A stretch of 64,000 nt of DNA, from positions 2,296 through 66,295 of the IMG/VR virus record IMGVR_UViG_3300033070_001537. One strand, 5' to 3'. A model generated the notes under the pieces. That model saw only the letters and a program-made list of their open reading frames with translations. It made no database searches and was not told the DNA's origin. This DNA is from a virus. Lineage: Duplodnaviria; Caudoviricetes. Below are positions 9,968-18,839 of the stretch, piece after piece; position 1 is the stretch's first letter; every line of letters starts with the position of its first letter. Made by a program: the position numbers and the translations under genes.

Positions 9968-10490
9968 GATACTTCTTCGCTCAGGGCTGTATTTCAATTT
10001 CGAGAACCCTGACCCGTCTACCGTCACCCTTCAAGACGTCGCCTGGGCGCTGGCATACACCTGCCGTTTCGCCGGGCATACGCGCGTCTTTTACAGCGTA
10101 GCGCAGCACAGCGTCCTGGTCTCGCACATCGTTCCCCCGGAATTTGCCTTGGCGGGTCTTCTGCACGACGCGCCTGAGGCGTATGTCGGAGACGTCACGG
10201 CGCCTCTCAAACAGCTTCTTCCCGATTACCGCCTTGTCGAGAAGCGGGTCGAGTCGGCAGTCTTCCGCCGCTTTGGCGTCTCGCTTCCGATGCCGGCAGA
10301 GGTCAAGACGGCTGACTTGGTGGCGCTGGCGACGGAGCAACGGGATCTCATGGCTCCGCACGACGACGAATGGGCAAGGCTGGCCGGTATCGCTCCGTTG
10401 CCGGACCCGATTGTTCCGATGTCGTCTGCTGAAGCGGCCCGGGCGTTCATATCGCGGTTTCTCCAACTCTCCTCTCTTCCGAATCCGTAG
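9954..10490 (+). CDS. HD-domain phosphohydrolase (YfbR/YfdR-like nucleotidase)
   Basis: CRFAGHT..FYSVAQHS..LLHDAPEAYVGDV..PLK...VKTADLVALATE. Confidence 0.85.
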   Translation: MMTPEILLRSGLYFNFENPDPSTVTLQDVAWALAYTCRFAGHTRVFYSVAQHSVLVSHIVPPEFALAGLLHDAPEAYVGDVTAPLKQLLPDYRLVEKRVESAVFRRFGVSLPMPAEVKTADLVALATEQRDLMAPHDDEWARLAGIAPLPDPIVPMSSAEAARAFISRFLQLSSLPNP

Positions 10491-10805
10491 ATGACCAAGC
10501 TAAGTCATGCCCGCGACGAGAAGAACGGTATCGACCACGTCTTGTGGTGGTGTCCCGGCTGCCGGGAGCCTCATCAAATCACGGTCAACGGGCCCAACGC
10601 CTGGATGTGGAACAAGAGCGATGAGGCTCCGACCTTTTCGCCCTCAGTCTTGGTGCGGAAGAGCCTGACCGACCCTGCCGCGCGGTGCCATTGCTTCGTC
10701 AACGACGGTATCATCGACTTCCTGGCCGATTGCGCGCATGCGCTGGCTGGTCAGAAAGTGCCGATGCCGGATTGGGACGGCTACGACCCCAGTCGGTATT
10801 CCTGA
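10491..10805 (+). CDS. DUF6527-like small Cys/His protein
   Basis: WWCPGCREPH...PTFSPSVLV...CHCFVNDGIIDFLADCAH. Confidence 0.75.
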   Translation: MTKLSHARDEKNGIDHVLWWCPGCREPHQITVNGPNAWMWNKSDEAPTFSPSVLVRKSLTDPAARCHCFVNDGIIDFLADCAHALAGQKVPMPDWDGYDPSRYS

Positions 10806-11161
10806 TGCCGACTGTCTTGCTCCTGTCTGTCACGCCGCCTGACACCTCGTCCGTCCTTGCGCTGACGTCCGCGGTCAAAGCGCATCAGCTGCTCAAGCAT
10901 ATCAATACAGCGTCGACGCGCGATACCGCGACGAGCCGCGCGCTCGTGAGCGAGATGAGCGATATTCTGAAGCATGCAGACCTCATTCGCGCGTGGGCAC
11001 GATGCGAGCGGCTGACCGTATTTGAGACAGCTGACTTGTCGGACCCTGACATCCAACGGCGGATCTGTCGCGAGTTGCTGGAGTCGGCGGTCTTCGCGAC
11101 GCCTCGACGCGACCCGCCGCCTCCCGAAACTTCGGCTTGCGTGATTGCCGAGCCCGTGTAA
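10805..11161 (+). CDS. hypothetical protein
   Basis: TGATG coupling with upstream gene. Confidence 0.55.
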   Translation: MPTVLLLSVTPPDTSSVLALTSAVKAHQLLKHINTASTRDTATSRALVSEMSDILKHADLIRAWARCERLTVFETADLSDPDIQRRICRELLESAVFATPRRDPPPPETSACVIAEPV

Positions 11162-11165
11162 TACT
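11137..11165 (+). promoter_or_regulatory. sigma70-like promoter of the 7-deazaguanine operon
   Basis: TTGCGT-N17-AATACT followed by two CAACGA motifs, as at other promoters in the window. Confidence 0.5.
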
Positions 11166-11207
11166 GTGCGCTCCCCAACGACGTCCTCGCTCATCAACGA
11201 CTCTGCT

Positions 11208-11951
11208 ATGTCTCCCCAACCCAAGCCCCCTCGGACCGCCGCTGTGCGGCCGTCCCCTGAGCTCCTGTCCGCGTTCGAGTCTCTCAACCGGACGGTCCCT
11301 TCTATCACGAGACTGATGAGTACCTCTCGGGTATTGCCTCCTGACGCCTCGCCGCCCGGGCGTATCATGCAGCCCACGCGGGCGGACGCCTGCACCGCCG
11401 TCGAGACCTTGCTGCGGTACCTGGGCGAGGATCCGGAGCGGGAAGGCCTCCGTGAGACGCCGTCACGCTTCGTCGCTGCCATGGAGGCCTACACGGCGGG
11501 CATGGCGCTGACGCCGGACAAGATTCTCAAGACGTTTGCCGACGGGGCGGAGGGCACGAATGAGCTCGTTATCGTGCACAACATCCCCTTCCTGTCCATT
11601 TGCGAGCATCACCTCGCGCCCGTGACAGGCATCGCCCACGTCGGCTACATCCCCTCGGGCAAGATTGTCGGACTGTCGAAGCTCGCTCGACTGACGAACA
11701 TCTTCGCCCGCCGTCTGCAGGTGCAAGAGCGAGCGACGCAGCAGATCGCGGACGCCTTGGTCGAGCACCTGCAGCCGGTCGGCGTCGGCGTCCTTGTGCG
11801 CGCGGCGCACGGGTGCATGTCGCACCGTGGTGTCATGATCCACGGGTCCGTCACTACCACCTCAGCCATGCGTGGCGCCTTGCTCGAAGAGCCGGCGGCG
11901 CGGGCTGAATTTCTCGCGCTTTGTCGCGATGGAGAACGCTCGCATGGCTGA
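11208..11951 (+). CDS. folE: GTP cyclohydrolase I
   Basis: GEDPEREGLRETPSRF, FLSICEHHL, GLSKLARL, RRLQVQER, AAHGCMSHRGV; start at 11208 or 11367. Confidence 0.95.
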   Translation: MSPQPKPPRTAAVRPSPELLSAFESLNRTVPSITRLMSTSRVLPPDASPPGRIMQPTRADACTAVETLLRYLGEDPEREGLRETPSRFVAAMEAYTAGMALTPDKILKTFADGAEGTNELVIVHNIPFLSICEHHLAPVTGIAHVGYIPSGKIVGLSKLARLTNIFARRLQVQERATQQIADALVEHLQPVGVGVLVRAAHGCMSHRGVMIHGSVTTTSAMRGALLEEPAARAEFLALCRDGERSHG

Positions 11952-12270
11952 AGGAACCGACGCGCCGGAGACGCAGGTGCACATTCCGGCCGCAGTGACA
12001 CCGAAGATCATGGTGGAGTTCGAAGGAGAGCCGGACGGCGATCCCGTGCTGATCGAGCTCGCCGACGTGTCGATGGTGCTGTCTCGCCCGCCCTCGCCCA
12101 ACGGCATGGGCACGGGCTTGGTCTTGCGGGGCGGCGGCATGATCATCGTCCGCCCGTCTTATCGCGACATCCTGCGGATCCTGGACGCCCACAAGGTGCA
12201 GATCTTCCGCGCCATCACGATCCGCGCGTCGATGGACGGCATCATCGATCCGCCGAGGATCGTGCAGTGA
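11944..12270 (+). CDS. hypothetical protein inside the 7-deazaguanine operon
   Basis: Overlaps folE stop and queD start; no recognisable motif. Confidence 0.65.
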   Translation: MAEGTDAPETQVHIPAAVTPKIMVEFEGEPDGDPVLIELADVSMVLSRPPSPNGMGTGLVLRGGGMIIVRPSYRDILRILDAHKVQIFRAITIRASMDGIIDPPRIVQ

Positions 12271-12791
12271 GCACCGTCATCACGCGCAAGATGGAGATCG
12301 ACATGGGCCACCGCGTGCCACGGCATGCGGGCAAGTGTGCGAATCTCCACGGTCATCGGTACGTCATCGAAGTGGAAGTGAGCGGTGTCGTGCACGGCGG
12401 CGGCACGTCCGAAGAGGGCATGGTGATGGATTTTGGCAAGATGAAGTCCATCATGCACGACGTCATCGACGGGTGTTTCGACCACACCATGTGCCTCGGC
12501 GTCGACGATCCGTTCTTGGACGGTGTCTCGTCTGCGCACATTCGTCAAATCACACCGACGATTCCGTCGTTGCAGGCCGTTGGCGGCCGTCGGTTTCACT
12601 TCCACAACATCGGGACCGTCGTCGTGCTGCCCGAGGTGCCGACGGCGGAAAACCTCGCGTCGGTGTGGTACCGCATGCTCCGCCCGACACTGAGCGACAT
12701 CAACATCGACCTCAAAGCGGTCACCGTGTACGAGACCCCGAATTGCTGGGCGACGTACCGCGACCTGAACCAGCCGGAGACCGAGGCATGA
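12267..12791 (+). CDS. queD: 6-carboxytetrahydropterin synthase
   Basis: MGHRV..H.GKCANLHGHRY, FDHT, PTAENLA, VTVYETPN. Confidence 0.93.
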   Translation: MSTVITRKMEIDMGHRVPRHAGKCANLHGHRYVIEVEVSGVVHGGGTSEEGMVMDFGKMKSIMHDVIDGCFDHTMCLGVDDPFLDGVSSAHIRQITPTIPSLQAVGGRRFHFHNIGTVVVLPEVPTAENLASVWYRMLRPTLSDINIDLKAVTVYETPNCWATYRDLNQPETEA

Positions 12792-13615
12792 GTACCGACA
12801 TCGTCATCCGCCCGATCCTGCGCAGCGAGGTTGAAGCCGTGCAATCGGTGTTCAACCACAAGGACGTCATCGCGGGGTTGGGCGGCTTTACCATGACCGA
12901 CACGGTCAAGAACGCCGCCTTCGGCAATCGCCCTGGGCTGCTCGCGGCATGGGACGGTACGACACCGGTCGGTGCGATTATGGTCGGTGGCCGCCCGCAG
13001 GTACATCTCCTGAAGTACGGCAGCGTGGGCGTCCTGCCCGAGTACCGCCGCCGTCGCATCAGCACGGCGCTCTATTTCGGCCTGACGTTGCAGGGCATCC
13101 TGGAGGGCCGTCGCCTGTTCGAGGACACGATTGTCGGCGACAACGCGGCCCAGCAAGTCGCCCTGCCGACGATGGGCTTGTCGTTGGCGGGCACGTTGCG
13201 CCACCGTACCGCGAGCGCCAAGTCCATCCTCCTGTATCAACTGTCGCTGGTCGCGAACGTGCCGTCCGACTACCGGGCCTCGCTGGGGCTGGACGTGGTG
13301 GCGCCGTTCATTTGCATGTACGATCGGGTGGTGACGTCGAAGTATCGATTCCACTATTTCTTGGACGACAACGCCATCACGCGCGATTGGTACGTCAAGA
13401 ACAAGGAGATCGTCGACAAACATCCCGCCGAGCTCAAGGCGGCTTGGGAAGACGCCGAAGACACGCGGTCCGCGATGCGGGCGGACACGGTGTCAGGCAT
13501 GAGCGTCACCGTCGTCAAGGATCGCGAGATCGCCGCGGCCCCGCAGCGGGGCCAAAAGAAGCCGGCAGCCCAAGAGCTGTCGTTCTTCGACGCGCCCACT
13601 GAGGAAGCCCTGTGA
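12788..13615 (+). CDS. GNAT-family N-acetyltransferase-like protein with C-terminal extension
   Basis: [10 protein letters not shown] (beta1), [31 protein letters not shown] (acetyl-CoA-binding motif A, with Arg where Gly is usual), DNAAQ (motif B Asn); coupled to queD and queC. Confidence 0.7.
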   Translation: MSTDIVIRPILRSEVEAVQSVFNHKDVIAGLGGFTMTDTVKNAAFGNRPGLLAAWDGTTPVGAIMVGGRPQVHLLKYGSVGVLPEYRRRRISTALYFGLTLQGILEGRRLFEDTIVGDNAAQQVALPTMGLSLAGTLRHRTASAKSILLYQLSLVANVPSDYRASLGLDVVAPFICMYDRVVTSKYRFHYFLDDNAITRDWYVKNKEIVDKHPAELKAAWEDAEDTRSAMRADTVSGMSVTVVKDREIAAAPQRGQKKPAAQELSFFDAPTEEAL

Positions 13616-14478
13616 CACATCCGTTTCGTATCCCGCCGCTTCGGAGCTCCTCGCCTGCCCTCGTGGTATTGAGCGGCGGGCAGGACTCGACCTTTTGCGC
13701 CGCGCTCGCCAGTTTGAAGCACGAGAAGGTCTATGCCGTCACGTTCAACTACAATCAGCGGCACGACCGCGAGATTGAGGCAGCACGGAACGTCGCAGAC
13801 TTGCTTGACCTTGACGGGCACGAGGTCGTGACGCTCGGACCCATTCTGGAGAGCACGTCGCCGCTCACCGACATGCGTCAGACGCTCGAGCAGTATGACA
13901 ACGCGAAGGAGATGAGCGAGATCATCGGCGACCGCGTCGAGCTGACGTTTGTGCCGATGCGGAACACCTTGTTTCTCACCATCGCTGCCAACCGCGCCGT
14001 GGCGCGGAGGGCTGGCCAGATCTACACCGGTGTCTGCCAGGAAGACGGCACCAATTATCCGGACTGCACGGACGACTTTATCGCCCGCATGGAGGGGTTG
14101 ATCGATGAGTCGCTTGGCAATCAGGCGGACTACATCCAGGTCGACGCTCCGTTGCTGCACTTCACCAAGGCGCAGATGATCCTCGAAGCGGCGCGTCTGG
14201 AGCTCGAGCACGGCATCCGGATCATGCGCGCGTGGGCGTACAGCCACACGGCGTACGACGGCGCCTATCCACCCACTGGCAAGGACCACGCCACGGTGCT
14301 GCGAGCTGCGGGGTTCGAAGCGGCAGGCTGGCCCGACCCGCTCGTCCTGCGGGCGCATCTGGCAGGTCTGTGGCCCGAGCTGCCGGAGACATCAAACTAC
14401 GCCGGTATCGAGCCGAAACTCTCGGTCTGGGGAGCCTACCTTGCGGGCCGTGTTCCCTTGACGCGGGTGCTCGGATGA
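13612..14478 (+). CDS. queC: 7-cyano-7-deazaguanine synthase
   Basis: [46 protein letters not shown]. Confidence 0.95.
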   Translation: MTHPFRIPPLRSSSPALVVLSGGQDSTFCAALASLKHEKVYAVTFNYNQRHDREIEAARNVADLLDLDGHEVVTLGPILESTSPLTDMRQTLEQYDNAKEMSEIIGDRVELTFVPMRNTLFLTIAANRAVARRAGQIYTGVCQEDGTNYPDCTDDFIARMEGLIDESLGNQADYIQVDAPLLHFTKAQMILEAARLELEHGIRIMRAWAYSHTAYDGAYPPTGKDHATVLRAAGFEAAGWPDPLVLRAHLAGLWPELPETSNYAGIEPKLSVWGAYLAGRVPLTRVLG

Positions 14479-15188
14479 TGGACGCCCGGCGGGACAGCGT
14501 GAACCGCATCGTCACAGTCTACCTGGCGTTGTTTGCCGTGGTGCCGTTCCGATACTCGCCCACGGCGTGGCGGGGCGAGACAGAAGAGCCCACGACAGTG
14601 ACGCCACAGCCGTGTATCGTGTCGCCGGGCATTCTGCGCGGCTTCACCTGCCCCGCTATGTGCGGCGCCTGTTGCAAGTCGTTCACGATGGACTGGCTGC
14701 CGTACGAGACAATGCCGCACAATCCGCGGCGGATCAAACTGCGGACATTCATGATCAACGGGCGCGACGTCCCCGTGTTCACAGACGCCCAGGCAGGCAA
14801 CGACACGGGATACTGCCGGTACCTCCGGCACGAAGACGGGCGGTGCGGCATTCACGGCACGCACCCGATGCCGTGCGACTTCGAGCTGATTCGTCCGTTG
14901 ATGAGTCACATCGAGGCACGCCCGAACCGCGTGACCACGAAGCTCTTCGGACGCGGTCACCAGCTGATGCGTGTCGTCGACCAGACGCGCGGCGCCTTGT
15001 GCACCGTGAACGGCATCACAGACGACACTATCGACGACACCATCCGTCGGCTCAACCGCTTGCAGGCGTGGGCAGACCATTGCCGCGTCATCACCCACAT
15101 TCCCACCGTCGTTGCATGGGCAAAGGACCCGGCTCGCCGTACTGAGCCGCTGCACCTCGCCCCGGACCCTCTTCCCCCACTCTCATGA
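14475..15188 (+). CDS. Cys-cluster (YkgJ-like, CxxxCxxCC) putative Fe-S/Zn protein
   Basis: CPAMCGACC ... [20 protein letters not shown]; coupled between queC and queF. Confidence 0.7.
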   Translation: MMDARRDSVNRIVTVYLALFAVVPFRYSPTAWRGETEEPTTVTPQPCIVSPGILRGFTCPAMCGACCKSFTMDWLPYETMPHNPRRIKLRTFMINGRDVPVFTDAQAGNDTGYCRYLRHEDGRCGIHGTHPMPCDFELIRPLMSHIEARPNRVTTKLFGRGHQLMRVVDQTRGALCTVNGITDDTIDDTIRRLNRLQAWADHCRVITHIPTVVAWAKDPARRTEPLHLAPDPLPPLS

Positions 15189-15697
15189 CCGCTCCTGTAC
15201 ATGAAGCCTCCGCCGGACTCACGGCGCTGGGCAGCGACACGACGTATGAGTACGCTATGCCTCGCCCCACGATTCTCGAGACGTTTCTCGTCCCCCAACT
15301 CGCCGTAGGCTCGGGCATGACGTCTCTGGTGCTGATCTCCGCGCCCGAATTCACGTCGCTGTGCCCCAAGACAGGACAGCCGGACTTCGCGAACATCATC
15401 ATCGAGTACCTGCCGCGGGAATACTGCGTCGAGTCCAAGAGCCTCAAGCTGTACCTCGGTGCCTACCGTCAACACCGCGGATTTCATGAAGAGTGCGTCG
15501 CGCAGATCCTACGTGACCTTCGGGATGTTGTCGATCCGTTGTGGATCGCGGTGCAGGGCCGTTTCACACCTCGCGGCGGCATCCCGTTCTGGCCGCTGTC
15601 GGTATGGTCGTCTCCGTACCTCACGCCCGACTCTCGATATCAGGTGCAGCACATGAGCCGCCTCCTGCGCGGTGACGTGCCTGTGGCGCCGAGGTAA
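15185..15697 (+). CDS. queF: NADPH-dependent preQ0 reductase (type I QueF)
   Basis: EFTSLCPKTGQPDF, QueF motif ESKSLKLY, HE, FTPRGGI. Confidence 0.92.
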   Translation: MTAPVHEASAGLTALGSDTTYEYAMPRPTILETFLVPQLAVGSGMTSLVLISAPEFTSLCPKTGQPDFANIIIEYLPREYCVESKSLKLYLGAYRQHRGFHEECVAQILRDLRDVVDPLWIAVQGRFTPRGGIPFWPLSVWSSPYLTPDSRYQVQHMSRLLRGDVPVAPR

Positions 15698-15703
15698 CGG
15701 TAG

Positions 15704-16648
15704 GTGAACATCTTCTTCTCAGGCATCGGCGGCAAGGACATGGAGCTCGATCCGCGCCTCGCCGGGCGGAAGCGGTACCGGCTCCTGTCCTGCCACGGTG
15801 CTTATCAGCGGTCGGCGTACGACATCAGCCGGGAGTGCCTCTCGGCGGGCGACCCAGTAGAGTTCATGTACGACTCCGGCGCCTTCACGGCGTGGAGCCG
15901 CGGGGAAGAAGTCCACCTGGACGACCTCTTGCGCGTCTACGCCGACCTGATCAAGGAGTTCGGCGCCGCGGCCGACAACATCTGGCTCATCAACCTCGAC
16001 AAGATTCCTGGGTCCAAGGGCCGCACCGCCACGCCTGCGGAGCTCGACGAGGCCATTGAGATCTCCGATAAGAACTACGCCATTCTGGTCAAGGAATTCG
16101 GGCCGCGGGTCCTGCCTGTTTTCCACCAGAACGAAGACGAGCGTCGCCTCCGTCAGGTGTACGACATGGCAGAATTCATCTGCGTGTCGCCACGGAACGA
16201 CTTGCCAGAAGGCGATCGCATGACGTGGTCGCAGGAGACGCACCGCCTCCTGTCCGCCTACGGCACACCGCGGCGGACGCACGGCCTCGCCGCCACGGGC
16301 TGGCGCATGATGCACCGCGTGCCGTGGTGGTCGGTGGACTCGGCGACCTGGGTCATCCTTGGCGCCAACGGCGCGATCTTCACCGACACGCGCCTCAAGA
16401 TCGTGCAGATCAGCGCCTTGAGCGGGGCGCGGAAGGACGCCGACAACCACTTCCGCACCATGGCTCCTGTCGTGCAGGAGACGCTGGCGGCGCAGATTGC
16501 TGCCCGCGGATTTACCGTGGAAGAACTCGAAGAAGACTTCCGCGCCCGCATGCTGTACAACCGTGTCGTCCTCAACGAGTCCGCTGATGTCGCCGCACAG
16601 TCGACTCGTCACAACGAAGTGCACGTCCCCTCCCTCTTCGGACTATGA
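15704..16648 (+). CDS. dpdA: DNA guanine transglycosylase (TGT-like DpdA)
   Basis: DSGAFTAW, NLDKIPG, PVFH, HGLAAT, PWWSVDSATW; sits in the preQ operon. Confidence 0.82.
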   Translation: MNIFFSGIGGKDMELDPRLAGRKRYRLLSCHGAYQRSAYDISRECLSAGDPVEFMYDSGAFTAWSRGEEVHLDDLLRVYADLIKEFGAAADNIWLINLDKIPGSKGRTATPAELDEAIEISDKNYAILVKEFGPRVLPVFHQNEDERRLRQVYDMAEFICVSPRNDLPEGDRMTWSQETHRLLSAYGTPRRTHGLAATGWRMMHRVPWWSVDSATWVILGANGAIFTDTRLKIVQISALSGARKDADNHFRTMAPVVQETLAAQIAARGFTVEELEEDFRARMLYNRVVLNESADVAAQSTRHNEVHVPSLFGL

Positions 16649-16884
16649 AAACCTTCATCTTGGCCGGCAACGCCAACATCGCGGTCGGCATCGCAGATCA
16701 GCGGAAGATCCGCCGGAACGAGTGGAAGTATGTCACGTCTCCCGTGGACTTTCGCGGGTACTCGACCGCCCTCGTTCTGGTGCACTCGACTGTCTTTCGC
16801 AGCTTCCGCTGGGCACAGGAAGCCTTGGACTTCGCGGAGTCCCGTGGCCTCACGATTGAACATCTTCCGGACGACCGCAAATGA
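16645..16884 (+). CDS. small hypothetical protein
   Basis: ATGA coupling on both sides. Confidence 0.65.
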   Translation: MKTFILAGNANIAVGIADQRKIRRNEWKYVTSPVDFRGYSTALVLVHSTVFRSFRWAQEALDFAESRGLTIEHLPDDRK

Positions 16885-17090
16885 GCCTCTCTCCTGACGC
16901 GGACCGTGTTTTGAACGGTCTCTTACAAAACCAGAAAGAGCTCGCCGAGCTGCTCAAGGAAGCCCGTAAACTGAACCTAGAGACCACGCTTCATTTCTTC
17001 TATGAAAACCTCTACCAGCCCGATACACGGCTTGACGTGTCCAAAGCCTTCGTAGGGGTCCCCTCTATTCGACTGGTCCTCTCCTCATGA
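16881..17090 (+). CDS. small hypothetical protein
   Basis: ATGA coupling on both sides. Confidence 0.55.
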   Translation: MSLSPDADRVLNGLLQNQKELAELLKEARKLNLETTLHFFYENLYQPDTRLDVSKAFVGVPSIRLVLSS

Positions 17091-18118
17091 AGTCCTACCT
17101 CTCCATTCTGCGCCGCGTCCGCGGCGCCGTCAGCACACGGGACCTGGTTCCGGTGCTCACCCACTTTCACTTCTACGGCGGCCGCGTGCAGGGCACGAAC
17201 GGCCACATTACCGTGGACTCGGTGCTGCCTGGCTCGAAACTGGACGGCACCGTGCCGGCGGAGCGGTTCATCAAAGTCCTGGACCGCTGCACGGACGAGA
17301 TCACACTGTCGCAAGACGCGCACCACCTGACAGTGAAGTCCGGGCGCTTCAAGGCCAAGATCGCATTCAGCCAGGACCCGTTTCCGCTCATGCGGAACCT
17401 CGCGGTGGACGGCGGCGTGCCGTTTACGTTCTCGCCTGCCATGTGGCTGGCGGTGCAGACCATTCAGCCCTTCATCGGCACGGACGCCTCGCGCCCGTGG
17501 TCGTGCTCGGCGTTGATCCGCGGCGCCTACGTCTACGCCACGAACAACGTGGTCTTGGTGCGCTCGCTGTGGGCCGGCGTGCCGTCCATGGTGCCGGAAG
17601 GCATGTCGGACGTGATGTTGCCCGAGACGCTGATCGACGAGATGGCGCGGCACCCGGAGCCTATTTCGGGTGCGCTCGTAAGCGAGAATGCGCTCCAAAT
17701 CGATTATCGCGATCCGGGCAGCACTGAGCCGGCGTTCTGGATTCGCGCCGTGAGAAACAACGAGAGCTGGCCCAACGTTGCGCCGATGTTCGCGGTGCTG
17801 GACGGGCTTGAGTTGCCCGAGGTTCCGGACGGGCTGCACACCGCGGTGGAGACGGTGGCGCCGTTCTGCGTCGACGTCAAGCTGCCCGTGGTCCGCTTCG
17901 GGCCCGGCGGCGTGTCCACGATGGAAGGCGACCACATGGCGTCCATCGAAGGCTTCGACCTGCCTGAAGCCGCGTTCCTCGCTCCGCATCTGTTGCCCGC
18001 GCTCGAGCTGGCGACCCACGTCGACTTCTCCCCGTTCCCCGGCCCGTGCCCGTTCTGGCAGCTCTCCGACCTCGGCACGAAGCACATCGAAGGTCTCATC
18101 GTCGGAGTTCGCATATGA
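17087..18118 (+). CDS. DNA polymerase III beta (sliding clamp)-like protein
   Basis: 343 aa; AVSTRDLVPVLTHF..GTNG..TVPAERFIKVL..LTVKSGRFKAKI..FP resembles the DnaN N-terminal domain. Confidence 0.75.
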   Translation: MKSYLSILRRVRGAVSTRDLVPVLTHFHFYGGRVQGTNGHITVDSVLPGSKLDGTVPAERFIKVLDRCTDEITLSQDAHHLTVKSGRFKAKIAFSQDPFPLMRNLAVDGGVPFTFSPAMWLAVQTIQPFIGTDASRPWSCSALIRGAYVYATNNVVLVRSLWAGVPSMVPEGMSDVMLPETLIDEMARHPEPISGALVSENALQIDYRDPGSTEPAFWIRAVRNNESWPNVAPMFAVLDGLELPEVPDGLHTAVETVAPFCVDVKLPVVRFGPGGVSTMEGDHMASIEGFDLPEAAFLAPHLLPALELATHVDFSPFPGPCPFWQLSDLGTKHIEGLIVGVRI

Positions 18119-18834
18119 AAACAACGATACCAGTGAGCGAGATCTTCCTCGCCGTGCAGGGCGAGGGCATGCAGATCGGACGCCCGACCGTATTTGTCCG
18201 AACAGGCGGGTGCGACTTCCGCTGTTCGTGGTGTGATTCGATGTACGCCGTGGACCCGAAGCACAAGGCGGAATGGAAGCCGATGACGCCGACGGAGATC
18301 CTGGACACAATCGACACGATCACGGGCGGCACGCCTATCCTCATCACGTTGAGCGGCGGCAATCCCGCGATCCATAACTTCGCGGACTTCTGCGTCTTGG
18401 CTAAGCGACGCGGCCATACGCTGACGATGGAGACGCAGGGTTCGAAGTTCGCGGTCTGGATGAACCAGCTGGACTTCCTGTGCCTGTCTCCCAAGCCGCC
18501 CAGCAGCGGGATGGAGAACAAGTTCAATCCCGTCGAGTTCGAGAAGTGTCTCAGCACCGGCTTCCCGTCGCTGTCGGTGAAGATCGTCGTGTTCGACGAG
18601 ACGGATCTGGCATGGGCGCTGGACGTTTTCAAGACGTGCCCGTCCGGGTATGCGCGTCTCTACCTGCAGGCCGGCAACAACGACGTCCACACGGCGGATC
18701 AAAACGACGCGGTATTGGGTGCGTTGACAAGTTACGCCTGGTTGGAGCGTCAGGTTCTGAAGCGAAAGCTCTTCCACGTCACCGTGCTGCCTCAGCTGCA
18801 CGTCCTCGTCCACGGCAACAAACGCGGAGTCTGA
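18115..18834 (+). CDS. queE: 7-carboxy-7-deazaguanine synthase (radical SAM)
   Basis: EIFLAVQGEG, FVRTGGCDFRCSWCDS, TLSGGNPA, METQG, SPKPPSS, PQLH. Confidence 0.95.
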   Translation: MKTTIPVSEIFLAVQGEGMQIGRPTVFVRTGGCDFRCSWCDSMYAVDPKHKAEWKPMTPTEILDTIDTITGGTPILITLSGGNPAIHNFADFCVLAKRRGHTLTMETQGSKFAVWMNQLDFLCLSPKPPSSGMENKFNPVEFEKCLSTGFPSLSVKIVVFDETDLAWALDVFKTCPSGYARLYLQAGNNDVHTADQNDAVLGALTSYAWLERQVLKRKLFHVTVLPQLHVLVHGNKRGV

Positions 18835-18839
18835 ACGCC

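Noticed and set aside
9954-10490. 2-aminoadenine (Z) genome via DatZ
   Set aside because: No purZ or mazZ in the window; the HD protein resembles the common YfdR-like family
12335-12787. 426-aa version of the GNAT ORF in the ORF track
   Set aside because: The upstream part overlaps queD out of frame; the real start is ATG 12788, coupled to the queD stop
15185-15697. QueF-like amidinotransferase (archaeosine, dG+) call
   Set aside because: The canonical QueF NADPH-binding motif ESKSLKLY is present, and no GAT-QueC or ArcS is seen
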